The notes: generated by a model not told the origin, from the sequence alone. A DNA stretch of 64,000 bases from Candidatus Enterosoma merdigallinarum (GCA_018714385.1 DVNL01000007.1:6037-70036), one strand, 5' to 3'. Positions 9,167 to 19,816 are shown, counted from the first letter of the stretch. Translations and numbers: made by a program.

Positions 9167-10594
9167 ATGAATATGCGAATTCAGAAAGGTTTTTTCCTTT
9201 TCCTTCCCCTTCTTTTGACAGGATGCACTGGTCAATCGACCTCAAGCGCTGCGCTATCCAGCACGACCTCGGCGGACACTTCTTCGACACCCTCTCCCTC
9301 TTCTCCGAGCAGCTCTTCCTCCGCAAGCTCGTCCCAGAGCAGCGAGGATCCCGTCCTCCAAAATATCGCCTCTGCCCTTGAGGCCGTCTCTCCTTCCGCG
9401 ACGCTGACGGGCGATTATCTTTCGATGTATCCTTCGGATGGATCGACTTATGACGAAGGCAGCTATGAGGTCTCCATCGGTGCCGACTTCTATTATGTCG
9501 AAAGGGAGTATGCCGATGTCTACGGCAATGCGACATCGGAGGAACATACCTTCAAGGTCGGAGAGGAAGGCCAGATCCAGGAGCAGACCATATCTCTTCT
9601 CAATGTGCCGTCCTATGTGGACTATGTCAATCCGTTCACGGACGAGACGATGAAGGCGGGAAAACTTCTGTCCAATCCCTTTGCTACCCTTGAGGCCGAG
9701 GACTTCACTTCCGTCGGCAGCGGTCTTTATGAGCTCTCCCAGGAGAAGCTCTCGGCTTTTGCCGGCTTCGCCACCTTCGAGAACATCCGCTCCGACCGTT
9801 CCTATGAATGCGAGATCGAGTCTGCCGTCTTCGAGATTCTCGACGGCAGCTTCACCACCGGTGTGGTGACCACCAAGGCCCAAAGCGACGGTATGCTCAT
9901 TCCGGATGATTTCATTTTCGAATTCACTTTCGAGATTGCCCCCTGTGAATTCACAGAGGCACCGGTGATTTCGGCTTACGAGCATCGGGAAGAACACGGC
10001 AAGCTCAAGAAGGCTTTCGACAGCCTTGATGCCAAAATCCAGGAAGGCAACTACACGGTTGTGGCGGACGATGAGGAGACAGGCGGCGAGTTTTCCATGC
10101 AATATGAAACCTACTACACGAAAGACGTCATCTATTCGACCTTCCGTCCTCTGATCTACACCTATACCGAAGGCTATGTCTTAAGCGAAGGAAGCACCTT
10201 CCAGCATTTCTATTACTATACCGCCGGGGAGAATGCCGGCACGGCGAAACTCTCCACGACGGGAAGCCGGGCCTATAAGGATAGACAATGGCTGGATGTC
10301 GACGTTTCCAGCTTCGCCGTGGAGTTCTTCCATGAAGACAGGGAGAATGTCTTCGTCACTAGCGATCCCCATGTCGTCGCGGAGATCGGGGCTTTCCTCT
10401 GCCCCTTCATCGACAAGCTCGACCCCTATTACATCGCTAACAAAGTCGAGATCACGCTGGATAGCAATGGAGAGATCTCGACGATCGCTAGGACGGCCTA
10501 CGACTGGGCCGCCGGCTACACGGATGTCTTCACTTATACGATAACGGATGTCGGGACGACGACGATTCCGGAAGAGGTCCTTGCCGCATTATGA
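9167..10594 (+). CDS. Uncharacterised lipoprotein with Ser-rich linker
   Basis: Lipobox LTGC; Ser tract; paralogous to next gene. Confidence 0.8.
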   Translation: MNMRIQKGFFLFLPLLLTGCTGQSTSSAALSSTTSADTSSTPSPSSPSSSSSASSSQSSEDPVLQNIASALEAVSPSATLTGDYLSMYPSDGSTYDEGSYEVSIGADFYYVEREYADVYGNATSEEHTFKVGEEGQIQEQTISLLNVPSYVDYVNPFTDETMKAGKLLSNPFATLEAEDFTSVGSGLYELSQEKLSAFAGFATFENIRSDRSYECEIESAVFEILDGSFTTGVVTTKAQSDGMLIPDDFIFEFTFEIAPCEFTEAPVISAYEHREEHGKLKKAFDSLDAKIQEGNYTVVADDEETGGEFSMQYETYYTKDVIYSTFRPLIYTYTEGYVLSEGSTFQHFYYYTAGENAGTAKLSTTGSRAYKDRQWLDVDVSSFAVEFFHEDRENVFVTSDPHVVAEIGAFLCPFIDKLDPYYIANKVEITLDSNGEISTIARTAYDWAAGYTDVFTYTITDVGTTTIPEEVLAAL

Positions 10595-11889
10595 GGAAAG
10601 GACTTCTTCTCCTTCCTCTTCTCTTCCTTGCCTCTTGCGGAACTGTGGACAGTTCCTCTTCTTTCTCGTCTCCCTCCTCGGAAAGTTCGACGTCTTCTCC
10701 AACTAGCCCCTCCTCGACGACAGGAACATCGTCTTCCTCAACTTTGTCCGGGAGCGTCAGCGACGCACTTAACTATGCTAAGGAAAGGGCATTGACTTTG
10801 GAAGGGGACTGCACCCTTCTTGTCAACGATAGCGAGACTCCCTATGCCCACTATGTCCTCGGTTTCGACGAACAGGCCATTTCCGTTCGTGAGGATCTGG
10901 TCTCGACCGATGGGACGATGGTGGAAGGGACGGAGACAATCTATTTTGCGAAGGAAAACGGCAAGACATACAGCCGCCAAATCAATCTCGATAATGAAGT
11001 CGAGGACGTTCCCCTTCTGTCGGGTGGGGAAAGCGTGGCTTTCGCGGAAAATTTCCCCAACCCGTTCTCGGTGCTCAAGTTTTCCGACATCCTCAGCTAC
11101 GAGAACACCTATCTTCTCAAGCCGAATGCCATTTCGACCTTCTCCCTGTATGCCCTCCATCAGTCTGTCTCGCCTACGAAGATCGAACTGAGCATGGAAG
11201 AAGGACGATTCACGCACATTCGGATCAAGACGTCGACCTATGGCGGCCTTGGCGGGGTCGGCCTTTCCTATCGCTACGACCTAGCCATCCGTTACGATAC
11301 GCCGATCTCTGCACCGGAGCTTACGCCGTATCCTACGGAAGAAGAGCATGCCACCCTTGAGGCGGCTTTGGCCCGACTCGATGAAAAGGTCGCAGGACAC
11401 AACTACACCATCGAAATGAAACTGGATGCCGGAAGCGGAGCTGTGCCGTTTGCGTACTACGTCACCGAAGAAGGACATCTCGACACGAGCATCGATTCTT
11501 CCGGTGCCATTCAAGGCCTGATCCGTCAGCACGACGGATATCACTATTTCACCTATGCTTCCGGCACGGCGACGATCGATGACAGCGAAGCCTATGACTT
11601 GGATGAGATTGAATTGGATTTCCTTTCCTTCGCTCCCGAACTCTTTGTCTCGCAGGGAAAATCCTTCCACTCCCGAAGCGGCTACGCCGCAAGCCTTTCG
11701 ACGATGGTCGCCCCGATGCTCTACCGGGACTATCTTGCAAGCTGCGCGACGGATGTCGAAATCGCTGTCGAGGGGGAAGACGTCCGCTCGCTGGAAATCT
11801 TTTTCGTCGATTTGAACAACATGATTTCCGGCAGTCTTTCCATGTCTTTCACAGACTTCCAAAAGACGACTTGGCCGATTGAGATCTGA
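10591..11889 (+). CDS. Uncharacterised lipoprotein with Ser-rich linker
   Basis: Lipobox LASC; ATGA overlap with previous gene. Confidence 0.8.
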   Translation: MRKGLLLLPLLFLASCGTVDSSSSFSSPSSESSTSSPTSPSSTTGTSSSSTLSGSVSDALNYAKERALTLEGDCTLLVNDSETPYAHYVLGFDEQAISVREDLVSTDGTMVEGTETIYFAKENGKTYSRQINLDNEVEDVPLLSGGESVAFAENFPNPFSVLKFSDILSYENTYLLKPNAISTFSLYALHQSVSPTKIELSMEEGRFTHIRIKTSTYGGLGGVGLSYRYDLAIRYDTPISAPELTPYPTEEEHATLEAALARLDEKVAGHNYTIEMKLDAGSGAVPFAYYVTEEGHLDTSIDSSGAIQGLIRQHDGYHYFTYASGTATIDDSEAYDLDEIELDFLSFAPELFVSQGKSFHSRSGYAASLSTMVAPMLYRDYLASCATDVEIAVEGEDVRSLEIFFVDLNNMISGSLSMSFTDFQKTTWPIEI

Positions 11890-11905
11890 AGCTCTGTTCC
11901 AAGAG

Positions 11906-11946
11906 AAGCCTCGGCTCGTCCTTGTTGGGCCGAGGCTTTTTGTTTT
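11906..11946 (+). terminator. Intrinsic terminator
   Basis: aagcctcggc / gccgaggctt stem followed by T-rich tail. Confidence 0.8.
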
Positions 11947-12637
11947 GCCTGGGAGAAGGGATAAAACGGAACTCGATGCGAAAGAATATGATTTTGAATG
12001 CTGAGAAGAGAGTCGAAACGAAGTGTGACAAAGACAAGGCGAATTGGGTTTTTAGAGTGGAAAAGAAGCGAGGTGAGAGAAATTTCGGTATACTGAAAAG
12101 ATATTTTACGTTGATATTAGGTAATGAATTTAACAAATAATAATATTGAATTTATTCATTAAACTCATGTATTAAGAAAAAGCCAATCTTTTTCAGAGAA
12201 AAAATAGCACAAGGGATACGAAAAAGAAAAGGAGGATTGAATCACTTGCACATGTTTTTGCTATGAGCATAAAACAAAGCTTTTTAATATTATAAAGATT
12301 GGTATACAGAAATATCTTTAAAAATTAAGAAAAAAATTTAATTAATTTTGCGATGAAATTTTTATCATATAAAAAAGATACCACTTTTTATTAAGTGTGA
12401 AAAAAGCCAGGCACCATAGAGAAAGACATCTGAGAATCTTGGGAAACGATAAATCTTTTCGAGGGATGCTTTTTTGTTTCGATAAGAGAAGACAGGCTTT
12501 TCCGAGATGCCAGCTCTTGCGAAGAAAGACGCTCGGCTTCAGCCCGTTGTCAAAACAAAGCAGGAGGATTTTGAAAGCGTTGACCGGTTTCTTGTCGCCT
12601 GTTGTCTTTTGCCGATGAATCTCCTATAACTATAAAT

Positions 12638-13986
12638 ATGAATTTTGTGGAATCGCTTTCTTTTTATTTCACGATGGTCTGTGATGCGACGCAATATATC
12701 ACCATTTTCATCTTTTCTCTTTCCCTTCTTGCCCTGTCCTTGCCGAAGACCTTCGATAAGAAAAGCATTCTTTTCCTTGTTTTGCGTTTTCTTATCTTTT
12801 ATGCCTCCTTCCTGTTGATAGGCGCCCTTTTCTTCTCCTTGGATCGTATGATTCCGCATTCGTTCGGCATTCTTTTCAATCTCTCCTATCTTTTCCTTCC
12901 TCTTATCTATATTTTTATCTTCCTCAAGGATGATTTCTGGCATCGCTATGTGAAATTCTCCTTTCTGGCAGCCTCCTTCTTTGTTGCCTTGGAGGTGTCA
13001 AGAAACATGGGCCTGATCCTCGGTGAAGTGACGGGCGACAACTTTGGCTGGGTGGTCTTCGGGCGAACATGCCCGTTCCTTTTCTGTCTCCCTGTTTCCT
13101 ACCTCATGTGGCGCTACGATATTTCAAAGTACAAGAACCTCAGCAAGCCGCTTTTGGCCATTGTCAGTATCATCGCCTATTCCCTTATTGCCGTTGCGAT
13201 CTTTGAAAACCAGTCCTCTCCGGGAAGGGAGGATTCCATTTCGGTGTTGGCATCGTTCTCCTGCCTTTACCTCGTTCTTCTGATCATCCTGTGCCTGACA
13301 TACTATTGCTTCTACTATTTCACGAAGTCAAGGCACGAGGCTCTTTTGGCCGACATCCGCCTTTCCTTGGGAGAAGCCCAGATGGACCAGCTTCAGTCGG
13401 ATATCTTCAATCGTGAGGAACTCTCCAAGATGCGCCACGATCTGAAAAATCAGCTCTCCTACATTCGGACGCTTCTCAAAGAAGGAAAGATAGAGGAAGC
13501 CACCGGCTTCATTGAGGAATTGACGCATCAACACGACGACGTCCTCAACAGTTTCTCATGCTCAAACAGCGTCATCGCCGGCATCATCAACATGGAGACC
13601 GCCAAGGCCAAGAGACGCGGAATCAAGCTTGTCGCCCATGCCGTCGTCCCCCCCACCTTCCCATCGAACAGACCGACTTGTGCTCCTTGATTTCGAATCT
13701 TCTGGACAATGCTTTCTTCTATTCCGACGGGCGCATTCCGCCGAAGATCGATATCTTTACTTATAAGGATTATCTGAGGATCATCGTCGTCAATTCCGTT
13801 CCCGAAGGCTCGGAGAAGGAAGCCGTGGCCTTGAAGACGTCAAAATCGCGGAAGAGGCACGGATACGGCACGAAGATCATCCGCTCGATCGCCAGCTCCT
13901 ATGACGGCTATGCCCGCTTCGAGGCCGACAAGGGAAGGTTCACCGCAGATGTCGTCTTGATGCTCAAGGAGAAAAAGGATGCTTGA
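12638..13986 (+). pseudogene. AgrC-like membrane sensor histidine kinase (GHKL), frameshifted at C7 tract 13648-13654
   Basis: Multi-TM N-terminus and H-box 'RHDLKNQL' in frame 12638..13690; N-box 'DLCSLISNLLDNA' and G-box 'HGYGTK' in frame 13558..13986; adding one C joins them (VVPPHLPIEQTDL). Confidence 0.85.
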
Positions 13987-14713
13987 TATATGTCTGTGCG
14001 ATGACGATTCCATGGCGCTCAGCATCGCCCAGACGGGATGCCAGAGCTTCTTTTCGGACAAAGGGATCGACGTCAACATCGAGTGCTTCTCTTCCGGGAA
14101 AGAGCTTCTTGAAGAGAGTCAATCTGGGCACTTCAAGCTGGCCATTCTGGATATCGACATGCCCGATATCAACGGCATCGAGCTTGCGGACAAGCTGACG
14201 AAGCAGAATTTCAATATCACCGTGATGTTCCTCTCCCAAAGGGAAGACCTCGTTTTCGAGTGTCTCTCCGTTCATCCTTTCGCCTTCATTCGGAAGGGGC
14301 GCTTCGTCGAGGATCTTAGAAAGGCCATGACGCTTTATGTCGAGACGGTCTATAACCGCGAAGACGACCAGGAGACGCTGACGATCAAGAAGAAAACGGG
14401 GATGCTGACCTTGGCCATCAGCGAGATCCTATATATAGAAGGAAAGAGGAACTATCAGGTGTTCCACCTCCGCAACGGCGAAAAGGTCGAATCCCGAGTC
14501 TTGATGCGGGATCTGGAAAACGCCCTGCTCGACAAAGGGTTCCTGCGCATCCAGAAAGGCTTCCTTGCCAATGCCCGATATATTCGGAGGCTGAACAAGA
14601 AAACGGTCCTGCTGGCAAACGGTGTCGAACTGCCCCTGTCCACAAGCAAGAGCGAGGAAATCATGCAACGCTTCCTGGACATCACTCGGGATACGAACCT
14701 GACTCTTGAGTAG
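13979..14713 (+). CDS. LytTR-family response regulator (AgrA-like)
   Basis: Receiver 'ICLCDDD...LDIDMPDINGI'; LytTR 'EILYIEG...FLRIQKGFLAN'. Confidence 0.92.
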   Translation: MLDICLCDDDSMALSIAQTGCQSFFSDKGIDVNIECFSSGKELLEESQSGHFKLAILDIDMPDINGIELADKLTKQNFNITVMFLSQREDLVFECLSVHPFAFIRKGRFVEDLRKAMTLYVETVYNREDDQETLTIKKKTGMLTLAISEILYIEGKRNYQVFHLRNGEKVESRVLMRDLENALLDKGFLRIQKGFLANARYIRRLNKKTVLLANGVELPLSTSKSEEIMQRFLDITRDTNLTLE

Positions 14714-14717
14714 CAGA

Positions 14718-14820
14718 TTCGTCCCAGAAATCTCGATTTCGTCCCATTCGGTTCAATTCTAATCCCATAAAAGGGCTTTCCGTCCCAGATGGAAGCCCTT
14801 TCTTTTTGAGTTTCTATAAT
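14718..14820 (+). promoter_or_regulatory. Four phased direct repeats (LytTR boxes) plus -10 box
   Basis: TCCCA-ending repeats (ttcgtccca x2, ctaatccca, tccgtccca) ending at 14726, 14746, 14767, 14787; TATAAT at 14815 with no good -35. Confidence 0.7.
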
Positions 14821-14857
14821 TGTCCTCAAGCGAACCAAAACGATTGAGGAGGTAAAA

Positions 14858-16120
14858 ATGAAACGGCTTAATCACAAGGTTCTTCTGCCCCTGTTCGCCC
14901 TGACAGCTTCTGGTCTTCTGGGCTCTTGCGGGACAGACACAAGCTCGCCTGTCGGCGAGGACGGAGTCGTGCTGGACTTTGTCGCCTGCACGGATTCTTC
15001 GTGGGACGCGGAAGTCACTCTCGGCTCCTTCGTCTATCAGTTCGACGTCAAGCTCAAGGATGACAACAGCGTCAGCCTCGAAGCCGACTGCCTCGAGGAA
15101 GCCCAGCAGGGCGGCCAAGGCGGTGGTCCCGGTGGCCCGGGTGGAGGCTTCCCTGGCGGTCCCGGTGGCCCGGGTGGAGGCTTCCCTGGCGGTCCTGGAG
15201 GCGGAGGTCAGCAAGAAGCGACTTCTTCCAAGGAACCCATGAGCGAGGCGGAACTCGAGAAGCAGGACTTCACCATCGGCGGAACCTGGGAGCTCGAAGA
15301 AGGCTATGGCTATATTCTCAACCTCTCCGACGCGACAAAGTCTGTCATCCACGTCGACTACAACCTGACGCAGGGAAGACACGAATTCTACTATCAGGTC
15401 CCGCATGGCGATGACAAGGCCACGGTCCTGTTCCAGGCCAAGGATTCCGGCTTCCGCAACAGTCTTGCGGCCGATTACAAGACGTGGGACGAGCGCGACA
15501 GCAAGCACATCTTCATCGGCGAGACGACCGGAAACAACGGCTCCGTCGCCCATGCCTATCTCTATTGCCATTCCGATGGCTCCGCCAAGTTCGACACGGC
15601 TAGCCGCAGCTCCAGAGTCATCACTCTCGGTCTGACGTGGACTGAGACCAACGGCAAGTTCGTCCTGAAGGATGAGGCCGGCACGGAATACACTGCGGAA
15701 AACTCCATCAACACGTCTCACCCCGGCTATCGTCTCAGCTATGACGACACCGCCCTCTTCTGCTCGACGGGAAGCATCGACTCCCTGGATATGACCAACG
15801 AAGACTTCGACGGAAAGACCCTGTACCAGTTCACCGGCGAATATACGACCACCGGCCCGGACGGAAAGACCAACGAAGTCGAGCTGAATCTGACCGAAAA
15901 CGAGAACAAGATGTTCCTCTATGTCTCCGGAAAGCTCAACACCAAAGGAACCTATTCCTTCGCCAATGAGGTCTTCACCCTCAACTTCGACGGAAAAGAG
16001 CCTGCCGAGGTCAGCAAGAATGCCGATGGCAAGTATGTCTACACCTTCAAGATTACCGTCCAGTCTTTCTTCGGAACGCAGGAAATCGACTGCGAGCTCA
16101 CCTACACTCCCGGAGCCTAA
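14858..16120 (+). CDS. Uncharacterised lipoprotein with Gly/Pro repeat
   Basis: SD gaggagg; lipobox LGSC; GGPGGPGGGFP repeats. Confidence 0.85.
   Translation: MKRLNHKVLLPLFALTASGLLGSCGTDTSSPVGEDGVVLDFVACTDSSWDAEVTLGSFVYQFDVKLKDDNSVSLEADCLEEAQQGGQGGGPGGPGGGFPGGPGGPGGGFPGGPGGGGQQEATSSKEPMSEAELEKQDFTIGGTWELEEGYGYILNLSDATKSVIHVDYNLTQGRHEFYYQVPHGDDKATVLFQAKDSGFRNSLAADYKTWDERDSKHIFIGETTGNNGSVAHAYLYCHSDGSAKFDTASRSSRVITLGLTWTETNGKFVLKDEAGTEYTAENSINTSHPGYRLSYDDTALFCSTGSIDSLDMTNEDFDGKTLYQFTGEYTTTGPDGKTNEVELNLTENENKMFLYVSGKLNTKGTYSFANEVFTLNFDGKEPAEVSKNADGKYVYTFKITVQSFFGTQEIDCELTYTPGA
15125..15195 (+). repeat. 33-bp in-frame tandem repeat (2 perfect copies plus partial)
   Basis: ggtcccggtggcccgggtggaggcttccctggc at 15125 and 15158. 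Confidence 0.9.
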
Positions 16121-16123
16121 CCC

Positions 16124-16768
16124 ATGGAACTCAAGGAAATCGACGAAAGCGGCAAGATGGAGCTGATCAAGAAGCTCGTCAACATCTTCTTCATCGTCTC
16201 GATGGTGCTCGGCCTTGCGATGTTCGTCCTTCTCATCTGCTTCAACTTTGCCGGTGTCTTCACCATCCAGACCCTTCCCGGAACGAAATACGAGAATCCG
16301 TTCACCTATCCGGGATGGCAGGCCATCTACTACGGCGTCGGCGAAATGATCATTCAGGGCTATACCGAATTCACCTTCAATATCTTCACCTTCCTGGGCT
16401 TCATCCTTCCGTTCCTCGCCATTCTCGTCTGCTCCATCATCTATCTCAAGAACAGAAAGCGGAGAGGAACCAACCAGAAGAAGGCCATCCTGGAATTCGT
16501 CATGGCCGGAACGATCCTCGTCGGCTCCTTCCTTCTCTTCTTCTGCGACCAGCTGTCTATCTGGAACGCTTCCCACGTCACCGATTCCTACCAGAACTAC
16601 TATGAGGAATATCTTCTCAAGGCCCTTAATGGTGAGGTGTCCTTCACGAAAACGGCCTATCCTCTTGTCGTTCTGCTCATCGGTATCGTCACGTGTCTTG
16701 TGAAGACCTTCAACGGACTTCTGCTCCTCTATCAGAAGAAAGTCGGCAATGCCTTAAAGAAAGGATAA
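16124..16768 (+). CDS. Uncharacterised ~4-TM membrane protein
   Basis: Four hydrophobic segments; 3-4 nt gaps to both neighbours. Confidence 0.8.
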   Translation: MELKEIDESGKMELIKKLVNIFFIVSMVLGLAMFVLLICFNFAGVFTIQTLPGTKYENPFTYPGWQAIYYGVGEMIIQGYTEFTFNIFTFLGFILPFLAILVCSIIYLKNRKRRGTNQKKAILEFVMAGTILVGSFLLFFCDQLSIWNASHVTDSYQNYYEEYLLKALNGEVSFTKTAYPLVVLLIGIVTCLVKTFNGLLLLYQKKVGNALKKG

Positions 16769-16772
16769 AAAA

Positions 16773-19700
16773 ATGACCACGAAAAAGAAAAGAATCATCA
16801 CTTTGGGTTCTGTCGGTGCTGGCCTCCTTGTCATCATGTCCGCCGTCCAGATCGCAGCCGGCATGCAGGCCAAGAACCTGGATCTTCTCTTCCCTGGAGA
16901 CATCATCGTCAACGATGACGGATCCGGCCTGAGCGGAGATTACATCGACTTCGAATACGATTCGCAGGAAGACGCCCTCAAGAACGCCCAGCAGAAGACT
17001 CAGCTGACCGCTGAAGAGGGCATGACCCTTCTGAAGAACGAAAACAACGCCCTTCCTCTCGCCAAGACGCAGAAGGTCACCATCCTCGGCTATTATTCCT
17101 GGCACAACAACATGTCCGGCGGCGAAGACCCTGCCACGACCAATGGAGCCATCTCCATCGGAAAAGGACTCGAAGCTGCCTTTGACACGAACAAATCCGT
17201 CAACGAAATCTATGCTTCGGCTTCCGGAGACTTTGCCAATCCTGAAGAAACATTCAAGGACGTCAGAAACACCTTCGGCGAATACGACACGGCCATCATC
17301 ACCATAAAGAGAAACTCCGGCGAAGGAAACGACCAGTCCATGGATGCCGGCGCCAGCGAGTACCACAGAACTGGCTTGACGCTCAACAATGCCGAATATG
17401 CCCTCATCGACTACGCCAGCAAGAACTTCAAGAAGGTCGTCCTTGTCATCAATGCCGCCAATACCATGGAACTTGGCTTCCTTGACGAGAACGATCCCAA
17501 CATGTCCGCCGATGGCATGTATACCGATCCCTACAGCAAGAAGCAGTATGACTTCTCCAAGGTTCAGGCTGCCGTCTGGGCCGGCTGCTGCGGCTCCCAG
17601 GGCGGAACGGCTCTGGCCAACATCCTCAACGGCACCGTCAATCCTTCCGGCCACCTTCCCGACACCTACATCCGCGACCTGACGAAGGATCCTTCCTACA
17701 AGAACTTCGGCTCCTACAAGTATTCCAACTCCGTCGATCTCAACTCCTATCAGGAAGAGACCTTCTTCGTCGAATACGAGGAAGGCATCTACATCGGCTA
17801 TCGTTATTACGAGACCGCTGCCTACGAAGCCAGCAAGGGCAACTACAGCGGATTCGACTATGAGCAGGAAGTTGTCTTCCCCTTCGGCTACGGCTTGAGC
17901 TACACCAACTTCGAGATGGAGTATGCCGGAACGCCGACCTATGATGAGGAGACGGGCGTCTATCACTTCGACGTCAAGATCACCAACGTCGGCACTGTCG
18001 CCGGAAAGGGCGTCGCCCAGATCTTCGTCAACGTCCCCTATCAGAAGGGACAGGTCGAGAAGGCCCATGTCGTCCTTGGCGGATTCGCCAAGACCGAGAA
18101 GGCCCTCGAACCCAACCAGTCCGAGACGGTCTCCATCGACATCAACCAGGACTACTTCACCAGCTACGACTATAAGAACGAGAAGAGCTACGTCCTCGAT
18201 GCCGGCACCTACAACTTCTACCTCTCCGAGAACGCCCACTCCTGGGCCGAGATCGACAAGGAAGCCTCTGCCGAAAAGAGCAAGCATCTCTGGAGCACGA
18301 CGCTTTCGGACAAGGTCGTCTTCCGCGATGATGCCGACGGCAAGAGAAAGACCGACAAGACCGAAGCTGTGAACAAGGAAGACAACGAGCTCAACTACAA
18401 GTTCAAGGCCTACAACGAAGGCAGCACCGGCGACGGTTTCGTCCATGACTTCACCAGAGCCGACTTCAAGGCCTCCTTCCCGACCTCTCCGACCGGCAAG
18501 GACTTCGAACTGACCGACGAGAGAGCTCTCGAGCAGGTCGGAATCTACGATGTCTGGGACGAGAAGAACAACCCCATCGAGGAGATGCCTGAAGTCAACG
18601 TGGATAGGACATCCTACAACCTCGCCCAGATGCGCGGCGTCGACTTCGACGATCCGATGTGGGACGACTACATCAACCAGTTCACCGTCGACAAGATGGT
18701 CGAGATGTTCTCCAACGGCGGATGGCAGGAAGTCGCCGACGAAGAGAACGGCGTCCCCATCTCCTATGATGCCGACTCTCCTTACGGCTACTATGCCCAC
18801 GCCTTGACGATCGGAAACATCAACAAGTGGTACTGCGGTGCCCCGATGGTCGCCGCCACCTTCAATGTCGATCTCGCCTATGAACTCGGCCATGCCTTCG
18901 GCGAGGAAGCCCATGCCAACACCTACTACAACGACGGCAAGGGAACCCTCATCACGGGTCTCTACGGCTATGGCGCCAACACCCATCGTTCCGCTTTCGG
19001 CGGCCGTAACTACGAGTACTATTCCGAAGATCCTCTCCTCTCCGGCAAGATGGCTGCCCATGAGGCCAGCGGCGCTTCCGAGAAGGGTCTGATCACCTTC
19101 ATGAAGCACTACACCCTCAACGATCAGGAGACCAACAGACAGAAGAACGGCTATTGCGCCTGGGTCAACGAGCAGGCCTTCCGTGAAATCTACGTCAAGC
19201 CTTGGGAAATCTACATCAAGGAAGCCAAGATGGAGATCAAGTACTACGCCACCGATGAAAACGGCGAGTACATCAAGGAACTGCAGACCAAGACCATGCC
19301 CGCCGCGACTGGCATGATGACCGCCTACAACCGTATCGGCGCGACCTATGCCGGTGCCTCCGATTCCCTTGTCGGCATCCTGAGAAACGAGTTCGGCTAT
19401 ACCGGATCGACCATCACCGATGCCGGCGGACAGCCCAACACCTACATGACCACCGACTTCATGATCCGTAAGGGCGGAAACCTCACCCTCGCCAACAACG
19501 GAACCAACGGTCTCTACGACACCGAATCCGCCACCGCCATCTACTGGCTCAAGGACGCCACCAAGCACACCCTCTACAACAAGGCCAACTCCAATGCCGT
19601 CCTCGGCCTTGCCCCCGGTGCCTCCATCACCATGACCACGGCGCCTTGGCGCATCGGTCTCTACACCGCCTGGGGTGTCGTCGGTGCCTTGGCTGTCGCT

Positions 19701-19793
19701 GACATCGTCGTCATCTCCTTGATCGCCACCGACAAGATCAAGATCGCCGAAAAGGCTCCCAAGAAGGAAGAAGAGACAGGTTCAGAATTCTAG
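16773..19793 (+). CDS. GH3 beta-glucosidase, permuted domain order, N- and C-terminal membrane anchors
   Basis: 'EEGMTLLKNEN', 'YEEGIYIGYRYY', 'PFGYGLSYT', Fn3, then 'GGRNYEYYSEDP', 'KHY', 'GSTITD'; TM at both ends. Confidence 0.92.
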   Translation: MTTKKKRIITLGSVGAGLLVIMSAVQIAAGMQAKNLDLLFPGDIIVNDDGSGLSGDYIDFEYDSQEDALKNAQQKTQLTAEEGMTLLKNENNALPLAKTQKVTILGYYSWHNNMSGGEDPATTNGAISIGKGLEAAFDTNKSVNEIYASASGDFANPEETFKDVRNTFGEYDTAIITIKRNSGEGNDQSMDAGASEYHRTGLTLNNAEYALIDYASKNFKKVVLVINAANTMELGFLDENDPNMSADGMYTDPYSKKQYDFSKVQAAVWAGCCGSQGGTALANILNGTVNPSGHLPDTYIRDLTKDPSYKNFGSYKYSNSVDLNSYQEETFFVEYEEGIYIGYRYYETAAYEASKGNYSGFDYEQEVVFPFGYGLSYTNFEMEYAGTPTYDEETGVYHFDVKITNVGTVAGKGVAQIFVNVPYQKGQVEKAHVVLGGFAKTEKALEPNQSETVSIDINQDYFTSYDYKNEKSYVLDAGTYNFYLSENAHSWAEIDKEASAEKSKHLWSTTLSDKVVFRDDADGKRKTDKTEAVNKEDNELNYKFKAYNEGSTGDGFVHDFTRADFKASFPTSPTGKDFELTDERALEQVGIYDVWDEKNNPIEEMPEVNVDRTSYNLAQMRGVDFDDPMWDDYINQFTVDKMVEMFSNGGWQEVADEENGVPISYDADSPYGYYAHALTIGNINKWYCGAPMVAATFNVDLAYELGHAFGEEAHANTYYNDGKGTLITGLYGYGANTHRSAFGGRNYEYYSEDPLLSGKMAAHEASGASEKGLITFMKHYTLNDQETNRQKNGYCAWVNEQAFREIYVKPWEIYIKEAKMEIKYYATDENGEYIKELQTKTMPAATGMMTAYNRIGATYAGASDSLVGILRNEFGYTGSTITDAGGQPNTYMTTDFMIRKGGNLTLANNGTNGLYDTESATAIYWLKDATKHTLYNKANSNAVLGLAPGASITMTTAPWRIGLYTAWGVVGALAVADIVVISLIATDKIKIAEKAPKKEEETGSEF

Positions 19794-19816
19794 ACGATTC
19801 TTTCCCTCCTTGTGAT

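Noticed and set aside
14718-14787. Possible mini-CRISPR array
   Set aside because: Repeats are only 5-9 bp with an 11-12 bp gap and no cas genes; better explained as LytTR boxes
16710-19568. 952-aa antisense ORF (also 14759-16576, 36775-38271, 43540-45366, 56212-58200, 62632-63861)
   Set aside because: Shadow ORFs opposite well-supported genes; biased codon usage removes antisense stops; no motifs
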